Part shown: piece after piece, positions 56,469 through 57,505 of the stretch
Layout: the number at the start of each line of letters is the position of its first letter
How positions within the stretch are numbered: the stretch's first letter is position 1
NCBI GenBank assembly: GCA_964646585.1
Contig: CAZYEY010000265.1
Span: 1-57,505 of the forward strand
DNA length: 57,505 nt
Source: an uncultured Thiobacillus sp.
GTDB taxonomy: Bacteria > Pseudomonadota > Gammaproteobacteria > Burkholderiales > Thiobacillaceae
Direction: 5' to 3'
Made by a program: the position numbers and the translations under genes
Notes under the pieces: generated by a model
What the model was told of the DNA's origin: nothing
Databases searched by the model: none
What the model saw: the letters and a program-made list of their open reading frames with translations, nothing else

Positions 56469-57505
56469 TCAGTCTCGGGCTCCGGTCCTGTGAATACGGT
56501 TGGGGGCGACGCCAGGGGATTGCGCCTCCAGGCATCGGCCAAGGGCCTCGTCCAGACGCGCCAGACGCAGTTCGGGCGGCGGCGGAGCGCTCCCGCCAAG
56601 GCCGGCACGGGCAGCGCTCCCCAGGGCGGCGCCCAGGGATTGCAGAACGCCGGCCAGGGCGTAAGCATCGTAACCGGCCCGGGCCGCGAGCAACACCCCT
56701 TCCCGGTCGGCGGCGAATTCGCCATCGGGCGGCAGCGGCCGGCCCAGGACATCGATCCCCCCGCCCAGCAGCTGGGCCAGGAAACTGGCCTCGTCGCGAG
56801 GCCGGCCGGCGGTGGCCATGGGGGCGGCGCGCAGGGCGCGGATGAAAGCCCGGGCGCGGACCTTGGCCATTTCCCGGGCCAGCATTCCGGCGAGCTCGGC
56901 CTCGTCGGCCAGGCGCCGGTACAGGCCCCGGGTCAGGAAGACGTAGCCCCCGGGCAGGGCGAAGGCATCGAGGCCACCGTCCTCCAGCACCGCGAACAGC
57001 CAGGGGGTGGCGTCCTCCGCCGTCTGGTCGGCGAGCCAGCGCCCCACCCGGTTGACATAAGCCTGCAAGGCATCGTCCGCCACGGGGGGCAGCGCAGTCA
57101 GCAGCCGGGCGGCCAGATGGGCGCCGATGCGGGCCTCGTGCTCCGGTCCGAGCCGGTCCAGGGACCAGGCGGTCATGAGGGAGAGGCTGACGCCCTTGGG
57201 CACAGGGCCGCCAACCTGTCCTCCATCGTGCTTCTCGCCACCAGCGCAGGCCGGCTCGCGCCGGGACAGGCCGCCGGCGGCAGCGAAGGCATCCGCCGCG
57301 CCGGGCGCCAGGCGCTGGGTCGCGAGGATTTCCAGGGCGCGTCGGCCGGCAGAAAAATCCGCCTCCTCCTGGCCGCGGAATCCGGCGATGGCGACGATGC
57401 GGGGATTCACCCGGGCTTCCGTGCCGGCCAGGACCGCCCGGGTTTCGCCCAGCACGTCCCGCTGGGCTGCGGGTTCGCCGCGCACGGACAGGACCCGTAC
57501 CCAAC
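56469..57505 (-). CDS. M48-peptidase-like protein with degenerate zinc motif (5' end outside window)
   Basis: The frame of the listed ORF 56469..57485 stays open to the window edge, and its GC-rich third positions are consistent with coding. Core ...LDAFALPGGYVFLTRGLYRRLADEAELAGMLAREMAKV matches the M48 block, but HExxH reads REMAK. Its stop is 2 nt from the cyclase ATG. Confidence 0.65.
   Translation of the reverse strand, partial: WVRVLSVRGEPAAQRDVLGETRAVLAGTEARVNPRIVAIAGFRGQEEADFSAGRRALEILATQRLAPGAADAFAAAGGLSRREPACAGGEKHDGGQVGGPVPKGVSLSLMTAWSLDRLGPEHEARIGAHLAARLLTALPPVADDALQAYVNRVGRWLADQTAEDATPWLFAVLEDGGLDAFALPGGYVFLTRGLYRRLADEAELAGMLAREMAKVRARAFIRALRAAPMATAGRPRDEASFLAQLLGGGIDVLGRPLPPDGEFAADREGVLLAARAGYDAYALAGVLQSLGAALGSAARAGLGGSAPPPPELRLARLDEALGRCLEAQSPGVAPNRIHRTGARD

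Noticed and set aside
54265-57504. 1079-aa ORF suggesting a giant cyclase protein.
   Set aside because: The first ~346 residues are Arg/Pro/Gly-rich, which is off-frame composition. A different frame (56469..57505) encodes an M48-like protein. The cyclase has a clean ATG at 56466 followed by a TM helix.

Overview
This is a high-GC, gene-dense chromosomal core segment. By gene content and order it looks beta-proteobacterial, Rhodocyclales-like, but that lineage call is inference only. About 55 protein genes and 3 tRNAs are supportable. I saw no transposase, integrase, phage gene, CRISPR array or rRNA.

Housekeeping blocks, in window order:
- fabI; the classical tig-clpP-clpX-lon-hupB-tRNAVal-tRNAAsp-ppiD proteostasis cluster; tRNA-Leu.
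- hpnC-hpnD-hpnE, the three-step squalene route for hopanoids, plus a translationally coupled YciK-like SDR.
- galU; a same-strand run pyrG-kdsA-eno-ftsB-zipA-ligA; crcB plus a DUF190 gene; alpha-glucan phosphorylase; orn.
- An M48 peptidase, a cytochrome c, a pterin carbinolamine dehydratase and rsgA.
- A DsrE-like secreted protein, CBS, DJ-1 and a flavoprotein; two hydroxyacid/tartronate-semialdehyde reductase-type dehydrogenases.
- fccAB sulfide dehydrogenase; hemH; hrcA; nadK; recN; fur; bamE; dapB; htpG.

The less ordinary content is second-messenger signalling:
1. A tightly packed minus-strand module at 53.5-57.5 kb: a degenerate M48-like protein, a CHASE2 adenylate cyclase and a class-II cAMP phosphodiesterase, followed by an atypical long pyruvate-kinase-like gene.
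2. A plus-strand trio at 45.0-49.5 kb: a secreted PstS-like mini-protein, a predicted outer-membrane barrel, and a membrane PAS-GGDEF(degenerate)-EAL protein.
3. An FHA-cyclase-homology fusion with non-canonical substrate residues at 34.7-35.6 kb.

All calls come from reading the supplied translations and the DNA by eye. No database search or statistics were run. Start codons were trimmed by homology memory and SD context and may be off.
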